Assembly (NCBI GenBank): GCA_001787405.1
Contig: MFWV01000007.1
Location: 15,694-79,693, forward strand
Length of the DNA: 64,000 bases
Source of the DNA: Candidatus Pacebacteria bacterium RIFOXYA1_FULL_38_18
GTDB taxonomy: Bacteria; Patescibacteriota; Microgenomatia; UBA1400; PJMF01
Direction of reading: 5' to 3'
Of the stretch, positions 23,096 to 32,182 are shown piece after piece (position 1 is the first letter of the stretch; each line of letters opens with the position of its first letter). The translations under genes were made by a program, and so were the position numbers. The notes beneath the pieces were generated by a model that was not told the DNA's origin, ran no database searches, and worked only from the letters and a program-made list of their open reading frames with translations.

Positions 23096-24187
23096 ATGAC
23101 GGAACAAACAACCCAATCAGTTAGTATGGAGGCCTTGCTGAATATTTTAATCGATCAGCGAGGTTCTGATTTACATCTATTGGTTGATTCGCCACCTACG
23201 ATCAGAGTCAATGGAGAGCTTACTGCTTTGCCCAATTTTCCGCCCCTGACTATTGAAGCGACCAAACGCTTGGTTGCCTCATTGATGACAATCGAACAAA
23301 TAGAATACATAAACGCCAATAAAGAGCTTGATTTCGGCTATCAATACAAAGGTCTTGGCAGATTCAGAGTAAATGTTTATCAAGAAAAAGGTCAAATTGC
23401 AGCGGCTTTGCGTTTGATTCCTGCGGAAATTATGAGTATTGATAAGCTTGGTTTGCCAGATGTTTTTCATCAATTTACCAAATTTTCTCAAGGTTTGATT
23501 TTGGTCACTGGTCCGACTGGAGAAGGCAAAAGCACTACTTTGGCAGCTGTGATTGATGAGATTAATCGCACACGCAGAGAACACATTGTCACCATTGAAG
23601 ATCCGATAGAATTTATTTATAAACCAAATAAAAGCCTGATTTCTCAGCGCGAACTGAATCGCGACACTCATTCTTGGAATATGGCTCTGCGTTCTGTTTT
23701 ACGCGAGGATCCCGATGTTGTTTTGATTGGTGAATTGAGAGATTACGATACTATTGCTTCTGCTATTACCATTGCTGAAACAGGTCATTTGGTACTTGGT
23801 ACACTACACACTTCTACGGCTGCTCAAACAGTAGATAGAATTATTGATGTTTTCCCCTCTCATCAACAGGATCAGGTTCGCACTCAGTTAGCTTCTACTT
23901 TGAGCTTAGTAGCCTCTCAACGTTTGGTTCCCAGAGCAGATAATAGCGGTTTGCAAGCGGTTTTTGAGTTGTTGATTGCCAATTCAGCAACGCGCAATTT
24001 GATCAGAGAAAACAAAACTCATCAAATTGATAATGTTATTCAAACCTCGGCTGAGGAGGGAATGATGTTGATGGAAACAAACTTGGCGAGTCTAGTCAAT
24101 CAAGGTGTAATTTCCAGAGAAAAGGCTTTGCGCGCGGCGATGAGACCCAATGTCTTAATACGTTTATTGGGCAATCAAGAGTCATAA
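23096..24187 (+). CDS. pilT: type IV pilus retraction ATPase PilT
   Basis: GLILVTGPTGEGKSTTLAA, IEDPIEF and GHLVLGTLHT motifs; 363 aa. Confidence 0.85.
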   Translation: MTEQTTQSVSMEALLNILIDQRGSDLHLLVDSPPTIRVNGELTALPNFPPLTIEATKRLVASLMTIEQIEYINANKELDFGYQYKGLGRFRVNVYQEKGQIAAALRLIPAEIMSIDKLGLPDVFHQFTKFSQGLILVTGPTGEGKSTTLAAVIDEINRTRREHIVTIEDPIEFIYKPNKSLISQRELNRDTHSWNMALRSVLREDPDVVLIGELRDYDTIASAITIAETGHLVLGTLHTSTAAQTVDRIIDVFPSHQQDQVRTQLASTLSLVASQRLVPRADNSGLQAVFELLIANSATRNLIRENKTHQIDNVIQTSAEEGMMLMETNLASLVNQGVISREKALRAAMRPNVLIRLLGNQES

Positions 24188-24202
24188 AATCAAGCTTTAA
24201 TT

Positions 24203-25405
24203 ATGTCAATTTTTTCATATACGGCCAAAAATACTCACGGAGAAGTAATCAAAGGCAAGGTAGAGGCACAAACCAAAGCTCAAGCTGCCTCGATGCTATT
24301 TAGTCGCAATTTATTGGTGATCAAGATTTCTCCTATAGGAGATTCTAGTTTAGCTTTTGTGACTGAAGCATTAAACAAAGTCAAACACGAAGACTTGGTC
24401 AATTTTACTCGTCAATTATCTACCATGATTAGTGCTGGTTTGCCGTTGGCGACAGGACTGACTATCCTACGTGAACAAAACAATCCAGCCATGGCAGAGG
24501 TAGTGACTGATCTTTTACGCGAAATAGAAGGCGGAAATACTTTTGCCAAATCACTGGAAAAGCAACCAGATGTTTTTGATAGAATTTATATTCAGCTTAT
24601 CAAAGCAGGAGAATTGGGTGGAGTGATGGATAAGGTTCTGAGCAAATTGGCCGAAAACTTGGAAAAAGACAAAGAATTTCGAGCCAAGACCAAAGGAGCC
24701 ATGATCTATCCAGTAATTGTTTTGGTTGCGATGTTGGTTGTGGGTTTTATCATGTTGGTTTTTGTGATTCCCAAATTGACGGCCATGTACCAAGATTTTG
24801 GAGCAGAATTACCTCTACCTACCTTGATTTTAATCGGGCTTGCCAATTTTGCCTCTCGTTTTTGGTGGCTGTTTATTCTTTTATTAATTGGTGGCGGTGC
24901 TATTTTTAAGAAATGGTCCAAGACCATTACTGGCCAAAGAAAAATCGACTCGATTTTACTTAAAGTTCCCATTATTGGCACTCTCCGGCAAAAAATTATC
25001 TTGACCAATTTCTCCAGAACCCTGTCATTGCTTTTAACTTCTGGAGTGCCATTATTAAGTTCCTTGGGGATCGTATCTGAGGCAGTAGACAGTATTTTGT
25101 ATCGTGAGGCTTTACAAGAGGTAAATAAAAAAGTGGAAAAAGGAGTGTCACTTTCTAGAGCCATGTCAGTTTATGATTTATTTCCCGGCATCTTGCATCA
25201 AATGTTGAGTGTGGGTGAGGAAACCGGTAAATTAGATGAGGTATTATTGAAATTATCCAGTTATTTTGAGGCAGAAAGCGAGCAAGCAGTCAAAAACCTG
25301 ACTTCGGCTATGGAGCCACTCATCATGGTGGTCTTAGGTTTGGGTGTGGGCGCGATGGTAATTGCCATTATTATGCCTATCTATAGTTTGACCAGTCAAT
25401 TTTAG
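24203..25405 (+). CDS. pilC: type IV pilus platform protein PilC (GspF family)
   Basis: Two GspF repeats with 3 TM segments; GELGGVMDKVL-like motifs. Confidence 0.85.
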   Translation: MSIFSYTAKNTHGEVIKGKVEAQTKAQAASMLFSRNLLVIKISPIGDSSLAFVTEALNKVKHEDLVNFTRQLSTMISAGLPLATGLTILREQNNPAMAEVVTDLLREIEGGNTFAKSLEKQPDVFDRIYIQLIKAGELGGVMDKVLSKLAENLEKDKEFRAKTKGAMIYPVIVLVAMLVVGFIMLVFVIPKLTAMYQDFGAELPLPTLILIGLANFASRFWWLFILLLIGGGAIFKKWSKTITGQRKIDSILLKVPIIGTLRQKIILTNFSRTLSLLLTSGVPLLSSLGIVSEAVDSILYREALQEVNKKVEKGVSLSRAMSVYDLFPGILHQMLSVGEETGKLDEVLLKLSSYFEAESEQAVKNLTSAMEPLIMVVLGLGVGAMVIAIIMPIYSLTSQF

Positions 25406-25602
25406 ACAAGTGACTGATTTTTTGATTCACACGTTTCCATTTGAGTGAAAATTATACCCTTGTTTTCACAAGCGCTCGTTTTAAAAGACCAGTCACTTGC
25501 TCAGTAGACTCATTTTAGTGTACAGTTATAGATGATAGAAATTAGTAATTATGCAGTTGTGGGTTAATTAATGGGTAATTTAAATAATACCAGGGAGGAA
25601 AT

Positions 25603-26253
25603 ATGAAAATACTGCCTTTTTTAAAAAATCTTCAATCACGAGTCAAACTCGGTGGTGGTAGTGGTGGTTTTACCATGATTGAGCTCTTGATCGTGATTGC
25701 TATTTTGGGTATCTTGGCGGTGGCGGTGCTATCAGCCATCAATCCAATTGAGCAAATCAATCGTAGTCGAGATACTGGTAGTCGCTCTGATGCAGAGCAA
25801 TTGATCAGTGCCATTGACCGCTACTACGCCTTCAATGGTTACTATCCATGGCAAACTGGAGCAGATGATCTAACTAACGTTGATTTGGCTTGGACGAAAT
25901 TTGATACTACGCTTTTAAAAGATAGTGGTGGGACTTGTTTTGTGGGAGAGAAACTTGGTACAGCTACTACGGCTGGTTGTACGGGTGCTGACGAGTTGAA
26001 ACAGAGTTTCTTGGAAAGAGTATCAAAAACTACCTATAACGCGTTGTATATTTACAATGACGGTAGTCAAGGTAGTAGTACTTATGCTTGCTTTGCTCCC
26101 AAATCTCAAGCCTTTGTTCAAGAAACGGAACAACGCCTTGATCCAGATGGTGATGGTACTTTGGATAACTACCCCACTGATTATCCGGCCACTGATGCGA
26201 TCGGCAATACTGCTCAATGTGGTACTGGTGGCAACTGTGTGTGTCTACCATAA
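25603..26253 (+). CDS. type IV major pilin with a long leader peptide
   Basis: Class III signal ...GGSGG|FTMIELLIVIAILGILAVA with the conserved Glu5. A C-terminal Cys pair is present. A strong RBS (AGGGAGGA) precedes the gene and a strong intrinsic terminator follows it. Confidence 0.75.
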   Translation: MKILPFLKNLQSRVKLGGGSGGFTMIELLIVIAILGILAVAVLSAINPIEQINRSRDTGSRSDAEQLISAIDRYYAFNGYYPWQTGADDLTNVDLAWTKFDTTLLKDSGGTCFVGEKLGTATTAGCTGADELKQSFLERVSKTTYNALYIYNDGSQGSSTYACFAPKSQAFVQETEQRLDPDGDGTLDNYPTDYPATDAIGNTAQCGTGGNCVCLP

Positions 26254-26282
26254 GGTTGGAAGTTAAATCAAAAAATAAAAAA

Positions 26283-26308
26283 CCCCGAACTTAAACTTCG
26301 GGGTTTTT
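26283..26308 (+). terminator. rho-independent terminator after the major pilin gene
   Basis: CCCCGAA-cttaaac-TTCGGGG hairpin followed by TTTTT. Confidence 0.8.
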
Positions 26309-26368
26309 AGTTTCTCTGCTGTTGGTTTAGATTTGCTCTCCTCTCCCCTGATTTAGTATACTGAACTC

Positions 26369-27187
26369 ATGGAGTTTTCTTGGCCGATAGCAATCACGGT
26401 TTTTTTACTGGGTACTGCAGTGGGCAGTTTTCTAAATGTATTGGTTTATCGCATGTTGAGAAATGAAGATTGGATTAGGGGCAGATCATATTGCGAGACT
26501 TGTCATAAACAGATTTCTTGGTATGAAAATATTCCGATCTTATCCTATCTTTGGTTAAAAGGTCGTTGTTCTCGTTGTCAAACGTTGATTAATCCTATTC
26601 ATCCTACTTTGGAGTTGTTGACGGGCGCACTTTTTTTATGGTGGTATGTAGAAGGCTGGCAAGTATTTATGGCCAAAGCCTGGCTATTGCCTATCTTGCA
26701 ACCATTGTTTTGGTTAGTAATTGGTCTGGTTTCAATTACTATCATTATTGCTGATTTCAGAGAAATGATCATTCCTCGTTGCTCAGTCTCTCTTTTGATT
26801 ATTCTTACCCTGCTTTATCGGTTAGTTTTAATTCTCACGGGTGAAATGCAAGCGGTTGATCTTTGGTGGAGTTTGCTTTGGTCACTGATTTTGGTTTTAG
26901 TTTTCTTTTTTTTATGGTGGGTTACCAAAGGCAAGAGTTTTGGTTTTGGTGATGTACAACTAGCTTTGCCACTAGGCTTATTATTGGGCAGTTGGCAGAG
27001 AATCGTGATTGGTATTTGGCTGGCTTTTTTGATTGGAGCAGTAGTTGGTTTGTCATTAGTTTTTTCAAAAAAGAAAGGCTTTCGTCAATCAATTCCCTTT
27101 GGACCATTTTTGATTTTAGGTACGGCTTTAAGTTTGCGCTGGGGTTGGCAATTATGGGAAGCTTATCTTAAATTGATTGGTAGTTAA
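26369..27187 (+). CDS. pilD: prepilin peptidase (A24 family)
   Basis: An N-terminal CxxC...CxxC zinc-binding tetracysteine (CETCHK...CSRCQ) and multi-TM peptidase A24 core. Confidence 0.85.
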   Translation: MEFSWPIAITVFLLGTAVGSFLNVLVYRMLRNEDWIRGRSYCETCHKQISWYENIPILSYLWLKGRCSRCQTLINPIHPTLELLTGALFLWWYVEGWQVFMAKAWLLPILQPLFWLVIGLVSITIIIADFREMIIPRCSVSLLIILTLLYRLVLILTGEMQAVDLWWSLLWSLILVLVFFFLWWVTKGKSFGFGDVQLALPLGLLLGSWQRIVIGIWLAFLIGAVVGLSLVFSKKKGFRQSIPFGPFLILGTALSLRWGWQLWEAYLKLIGS

Positions 27188-27204
27188 AAAAGAATAAAAA
27201 ATCT

Positions 27205-28239
27205 ATGAGAGTGCTAAAAATTTTTTTCAGTTTTGTTTTCGCTTTGTTAATCTTGGGGTCTTTGAGCTGGCTTTCTTGGCGTGAAATTCAACTTTACCGA
27301 GCAATTAGTCAAGTCAGATCTTCTGCAAGAAAAATGCGCGAACTGCAACCCAGCGGTCAATTTAGTCAAAATTGTTTGATATATGGTGGCTCACCAGTTG
27401 ATAGCCAAACTTTGACTAGAACACAATTGCGTTTTATTTCAAATAAAGATTATGTTTTGGAAATAGTTTGTCAAACAAACGAATCTTTGCGTCAATTAGT
27501 TGAAGAAGCTACTTTGCCAATGCTGGTAAATAAAGATTCCAATCAATCTGGTTTAATCTTTGGTCAAAAACAACATGGTGTGACCTTGTCGATTTTGGGC
27601 AGAACTGGAGTAGTTTATGAAGGAGAATCATTTATTCAAAGTGCTACACGTTATCGGGTTGATGATGGTTTGATTTTGGATCAAGGTCCAGTTACTGCTT
27701 GTACTGGTTATGGTTTTACTTGTTGTGACGAAACTTATCAATTGGGTCAGAATGAACAAAATACTCAAGCTTTGGATTGTCCCAAATCTTGTTATGAAAG
27801 TTGCATCGAAAAGCCAGTAATCTTGAGTTTTCATAGTCTTCCCTCTTACTCTTCGGCAGAAAAAATAATCCAAATTCAATCTGGTGAGCAGGTTGAGTTT
27901 TTTTATACAGTCAATGATATTCAGGGAGACTTGCTCACTAGAAGATTTGCTAGTCAAGAAGAGTGGTCTGATACAAGTTGGTCAGAGAAGCTAATTCGTG
28001 TCATAGAAAGTTTTTTTAATCAACAGCCAGTGACTGATAGTTTGGAAAAAATTATTGTTTCTTTTGGTGACAAAGAAACCGCAGAGCTCTCTGACTTGCA
28101 AGGATCGGTTGTACACACCTATACTTGTAATCAGCGCTTGTGTGTTTATAACGCTACTATTCAAGCCATGACCAAAAACAAGATTACTAGTTCTTTGGAT
28201 CAAGACAGTAGTATTCAAATACAAGTACAAGGACAATAA
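27205..28239 (+). CDS. hypothetical membrane-anchored, Cys-rich extracytoplasmic protein within the pilus locus
   Basis: N-terminal TM or signal-anchor segment. Many Cys residues lie in the mature part (CTGYGFTCCDETYQ..., CPKSCYESC). No family recognised. Confidence 0.4.
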   Translation: MRVLKIFFSFVFALLILGSLSWLSWREIQLYRAISQVRSSARKMRELQPSGQFSQNCLIYGGSPVDSQTLTRTQLRFISNKDYVLEIVCQTNESLRQLVEEATLPMLVNKDSNQSGLIFGQKQHGVTLSILGRTGVVYEGESFIQSATRYRVDDGLILDQGPVTACTGYGFTCCDETYQLGQNEQNTQALDCPKSCYESCIEKPVILSFHSLPSYSSAEKIIQIQSGEQVEFFYTVNDIQGDLLTRRFASQEEWSDTSWSEKLIRVIESFFNQQPVTDSLEKIIVSFGDKETAELSDLQGSVVHTYTCNQRLCVYNATIQAMTKNKITSSLDQDSSIQIQVQGQ

Positions 28240-28242
28240 ATT

Positions 28243-28692
28243 ATGATAAAGTTTTCTCCCTCAAGATTTTCCCCAGGTTTTAGTTTGTTGGAGTTGTTAG
28301 TAGTAATTTCTATTATTGGAATCTTGATTGCCATCAGCACAGTTGCTTTTACCACTGCCCAAAGAACTAGTCGTGATTCTCGTCGTCGGTCTGATATCAA
28401 AGCAATGCAAGATGCTTTTGAACAATATATGGCTGACAATGGCACTTATGAAGCTTGTGCAACCATGGCAGCCTATGATAATGGCTCTGGCTCGATCATG
28501 CCGGCTGGTTTGCCGATTGATCCGCGCAATTCCGGGGATCATGTTTATAACACCAGCACTGGTTGCACGACCAGTGGTTATTGTGTTTGCGCGCTTTTGG
28601 AAAGTGGGTCTGGTAATGCAGCTGCTCCTCTTGCTGATGCGTGCAATTATGTGAGTGGCGGTGATTATTATTGTTTATCTGATCTTCAATAA
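28243..28692 (+). CDS. type IV (pseudo)pilin
   Basis: Prepilin signal RFSPG|FSLLELLVVISIIGILIA. C-terminal Cys residues are present. Confidence 0.7.
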   Translation: MIKFSPSRFSPGFSLLELLVVISIIGILIAISTVAFTTAQRTSRDSRRRSDIKAMQDAFEQYMADNGTYEACATMAAYDNGSGSIMPAGLPIDPRNSGDHVYNTSTGCTTSGYCVCALLESGSGNAAAPLADACNYVSGGDYYCLSDLQ

Positions 28693-28747
28693 AATTCAAA
28701 ACAAGTCAAATAAGATTGATAAATCAATTAAAAAGAAATAAAAAAAT

Positions 28748-29155
28748 ATGAGAAAACCCTCTACCCCTTCTGGTTTTACCATGATTGAGTTATTGGTGGT
28801 GGCCACAATCATGATTGTTTTGACCACGATTGGTTTGATCAGTTATCGCAGTGCCATCCAAAACAGTCGCAATGCCAAACGAAAAACAGATTTACAAATC
28901 ACTCGCCAAGCCCTAGTTCTTTATCGTAGTGATAATGGTTGTTACCCGGCAGATAATACTTTTTTGGGAATGCTGAATACCATTACTGGCTACATTAACG
29001 AAACTCCTTATGATCCACTGGGTTCTGCAGGAGCTCCACTTTATATCTATACACCCATTGATGCCGGTAGTTGTGGCATTGGTGAAGCGACTGGATTTGT
29101 TCTGGAAGCAAGTTTAGAACCGGACAATACAGCCTATACAGTTGAGAATCCGTGA
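28748..29155 (+). CDS. type IV (pseudo)pilin
   Basis: Prepilin signal STPSG|FTMIELLVVATIMIVL. Confidence 0.7.
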   Translation: MRKPSTPSGFTMIELLVVATIMIVLTTIGLISYRSAIQNSRNAKRKTDLQITRQALVLYRSDNGCYPADNTFLGMLNTITGYINETPYDPLGSAGAPLYIYTPIDAGSCGIGEATGFVLEASLEPDNTAYTVENP

Positions 29156-29174
29156 GGGATAGAAAAATAAAATC

Positions 29175-29708
29175 ATGATCAAAAAAAATATTTTTTTTCC
29201 AGTTGGTTTTTCTTTAATTGAACTGTTGGTAGTAGTAGCTATTTCCATGATTTTATTGAGCGTGGCAATTAGTTCACTGATTACTTTCAATGAACGCAGA
29301 TCAATCACCAATGCTGTAGATGAATTAAAAAGTCAAATTCAAACGGCTCAATCTAAAGCACAAGCCGGTGATTTGGGAGGGTGCAATCAGTTGGCTGGTT
29401 ATTCATTGCAAACTTATCTTAATGGTAATGTTACCGAGATATCCATGCAAGCAAGCTGTGGGGTGGGTATTCCTGACACTGCTCAAATTCAATCTTTGCC
29501 GGCTGGAGTGACCGTGACTCCCGATTTGGATGCTAATTTTCAAGTTCTCAATGCCGGAGTACAGTTGCCAAGTGGGGTGGCCAGTCAAGATTTCACGATC
29601 GCCAATAACACTCATAGTTATGTTTTTACTTTGTATCGAGAAGGTAGAACCAGTGAAGGAGCGTGGCAAGAAAATCAATTACCGGTAGGACCGGTATCAC
29701 CGTTTTAA
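29175..29708 (+). CDS. type IV minor pilin
   Basis: Prepilin signal FFPVG|FSLIELLVVVAISMILL. Confidence 0.7.
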   Translation: MIKKNIFFPVGFSLIELLVVVAISMILLSVAISSLITFNERRSITNAVDELKSQIQTAQSKAQAGDLGGCNQLAGYSLQTYLNGNVTEISMQASCGVGIPDTAQIQSLPAGVTVTPDLDANFQVLNAGVQLPSGVASQDFTIANNTHSYVFTLYREGRTSEGAWQENQLPVGPVSPF

Positions 29709-29718
29709 AAAACAAAAA

Positions 29719-30207
29719 ATGAAAAAATGGTTTAACAAAAAATTACTCAATCAGACCGGTTCTAGCTTGATTGAGGTGATTGTAGCTACTGGTGTTATCG
29801 CTTTGGTGTTGACGGCGCTAGTAGCTGGTATGACTGTTTCTTTACAGACTAGTGCAGAAGCAAAATATCGCTCGCAAGCTATTAAGCGAGGTCAGGAAGC
29901 GATGGAGGTTTTTCGCAGAGAGAGAACTTTATTGGGTTGGCATGGTTTTATTAATCAATTTGGTAGTGGTGGTACTTACTGTTTGCAAACGCTACCAGCA
30001 CCAAGAGGAAGTTTTACTTTGGGTGAATGCGCAAGCAATGAGAGTTTAGTCATATCAGGACTTGATTTTTATCGAAATGCAATCGTCAGCGTGGACAATA
30101 CTGATCCCACCAACGCCCAGATGAAGGTGGAAATAGTGATTACTTGGAATTCTGGTCGAACCGAGCACAACATCGATTTAACTCAGGTTTTTCGTCAATG
30201 GGATTAA
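29719..30207 (+). CDS. PilV-like minor pilin
   Basis: N-terminus ...NQTGS|SLIEVIVATGVIALVL, characteristic of the PilV/FimT class. Confidence 0.6.
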   Translation: MKKWFNKKLLNQTGSSLIEVIVATGVIALVLTALVAGMTVSLQTSAEAKYRSQAIKRGQEAMEVFRRERTLLGWHGFINQFGSGGTYCLQTLPAPRGSFTLGECASNESLVISGLDFYRNAIVSVDNTDPTNAQMKVEIVITWNSGRTEHNIDLTQVFRQWD

Positions 30208-30231
30208 ATGAAAAGCTAACCTTTTTTTTAA

Positions 30232-30780
30232 TTAATTATTGCGTAGAGTCACTCCCGACTGAAAGGTTTCTTGAGCTGTTTCTCGGTCAGCACTCTCCCC
30301 TGCTCCAATCTGTAACTGAAATGAAATGCCGATATAAAAAGAGGATTCTTCTCCAGTCAAACAAACAAATTCTAGGTTTGACAGGTTAGTTTCATCAGAA
30401 GTCAAATAATAATAATCATTGATGGCACTAGAATAAGAAGCAATTTTGGGATTTTCCTCTGGATAAGTCTGGAGAGTAGTAATGAAACCATCAAAACCCT
30501 CTACGGCAAGACTGGTCATGGGATTGTTTGGATCATTATTGCAAGTAGTGGCTCCGTCCAGAGATGGTGCCAAACGCCGAGCATTACGTAAAATAAACTC
30601 TATATTTGACAGAGCATTTTCTCCTTCACTTTTTACTTTTTGTTCAATGCTAGTCTTTTGGGAAGTGATCAAAAAAGTCATCAAGATGGAGGTGACGGCT
30701 AGCATAATAATCACGGTTAGAGAAGTTACTACTAGTAGTTCTATCAAAGTAAAGCCGGCGGATTTTTTCAGCATTTTCAT
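30232..30780 (-). CDS. type IV minor pilin; start set at the internal Met (MKMLKKSAG|FTLIELLVV)
   Basis: Prepilin signal with Glu5. It is the last gene of the convergent minus-strand operon. Confidence 0.6.
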   Translation of the reverse strand: MKMLKKSAGFTLIELLVVTSLTVIIMLAVTSILMTFLITSQKTSIEQKVKSEGENALSNIEFILRNARRLAPSLDGATTCNNDPNNPMTSLAVEGFDGFITTLQTYPEENPKIASYSSAINDYYYLTSDETNLSNLEFVCLTGEESSFYIGISFQLQIGAGESADRETAQETFQSGVTLRNN

Positions 30781-30806
30781 TTTTATTGTAGCGATTTTTG
30801 GCATAG

Positions 30807-32153
30807 TTAGGGAGTTGAAAACCGCGGTTGAATTTCACGAATATTAAAATGAGCAGATTTCATCAAAGTGGGAATGTTGACCATAAAATCAGGGCGAAAA
30901 ACAAAAGTTTCAGTAGGAGTAGTATTATTGACGCTATTATCTTCAAGTTTGGCAAAACTTCTTTGTAAATTAATTCCGGTCCATCCCACAAAAGTACCAG
31001 CAGCAATGAATTTTTTGTCTGGATTGGTCAAATAACTTTGTACCCAGATAGTTCCATCAGTAATAAAAACACCTTCTATCAAGGGAGTATCTGGGGAAGC
31101 TGAATCAGTATTTACATTTGCGTAACCTACATGAGGAGTAATAATTACGTCTCCTTGGCTAATAAAAGCCAGAAAGCCTCTACCCCCCCTCTCCACCGTA
31201 ATCAGCCGATTTTCTGCTCCTGGCTGATCGTCAATGATCAAATTTCCTTCCAAGAAGACAATAATTTGTTCATTGGCAGTTAAGTGCCACTGATTGCCCT
31301 CTCCGATAGTCAGATCACCACTTTGATGGTAAATAGCTGGATAATTTGCTACGGTTGGTTTCTGAGAGCTGGGCAAAGGCATTGCTTTTGCAGACATTTT
31401 TTTATAAAAATAGGCATAATTTTCCGTAGGCAAACTTATACCAAGTGCAAAACCTTGATCAGAATTAGAGCGCTGATCTGGATCATGAATAAAGTTTCCA
31501 CCGGTTGCGTGAGTATAAATAATTCCGTCACTACTAAAAGCAAAACCGGGACTATCCAGAGTTGTTTGATTATCATCACCGATCAATGCCGGCAAACAGC
31601 CAGCAGTAGTATTGCAGTATCCAGGCGTTCCAGCCAAACTTACGGGAATTAAACTCTGGATATTATATTTGGAAAAAACATTGCCGCCTCGTACTTGCCA
31701 CCAGGCGTTATTTTGTACATTAGCTCGTTTGACAAAGACATTGATCGGTCCAGGAGTGGCTGGATTTTGATTGGTAAAAACACATTGATACGCATCCAAA
31801 GGATTGGCGTTACAGGCACACTGCCAAGCATTGGTTGGATCCGGTGGAGGATAAGGCAGACTAATAGTGACTGAATAATCAGGATAGTTGCCTTCTACTT
31901 GAACAGAATAAGTATTATCAATTACATTACCAGAGTTTTCTTCTCCAGGCCTACTGGCTTTGATTTTGAAACCCACTCCGCTCACTTGTGTAGTAGTCAG
32001 GCCAGCGCAGCGATTATCAGTACTCTCAAAACCCACAGGTGTGGCATTTTCATCAACAAAGATTCCCCCACCAAAGCCAGCAGCACTGACTATTTGACTT
32101 GAACGAATCAACACGAGAAAAAAACTCAAACCAATCAAAATGATTTTTCGCAT
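30807..32153 (-). CDS. secreted protein of unknown function, paralog A; start set at MRKIILIGLSFF..., a signal peptide
   Basis: Signal peptide present. It shares an approximately 400-aa C-terminal domain with the upstream 678-aa protein (for example NAWQCACNANP..., GAENRLITVERGGRGFLAFISQGD, KKFIAAGTFVGWTG, IFRPDFMVN). Confidence 0.5.
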   Translation of the reverse strand: MRKIILIGLSFFLVLIRSSQIVSAAGFGGGIFVDENATPVGFESTDNRCAGLTTTQVSGVGFKIKASRPGEENSGNVIDNTYSVQVEGNYPDYSVTISLPYPPPDPTNAWQCACNANPLDAYQCVFTNQNPATPGPINVFVKRANVQNNAWWQVRGGNVFSKYNIQSLIPVSLAGTPGYCNTTAGCLPALIGDDNQTTLDSPGFAFSSDGIIYTHATGGNFIHDPDQRSNSDQGFALGISLPTENYAYFYKKMSAKAMPLPSSQKPTVANYPAIYHQSGDLTIGEGNQWHLTANEQIIVFLEGNLIIDDQPGAENRLITVERGGRGFLAFISQGDVIITPHVGYANVNTDSASPDTPLIEGVFITDGTIWVQSYLTNPDKKFIAAGTFVGWTGINLQRSFAKLEDNSVNNTTPTETFVFRPDFMVNIPTLMKSAHFNIREIQPRFSTP

Positions 32154-32182
32154 TAATATCAGTGTACAAGAAATCTTCTTTG

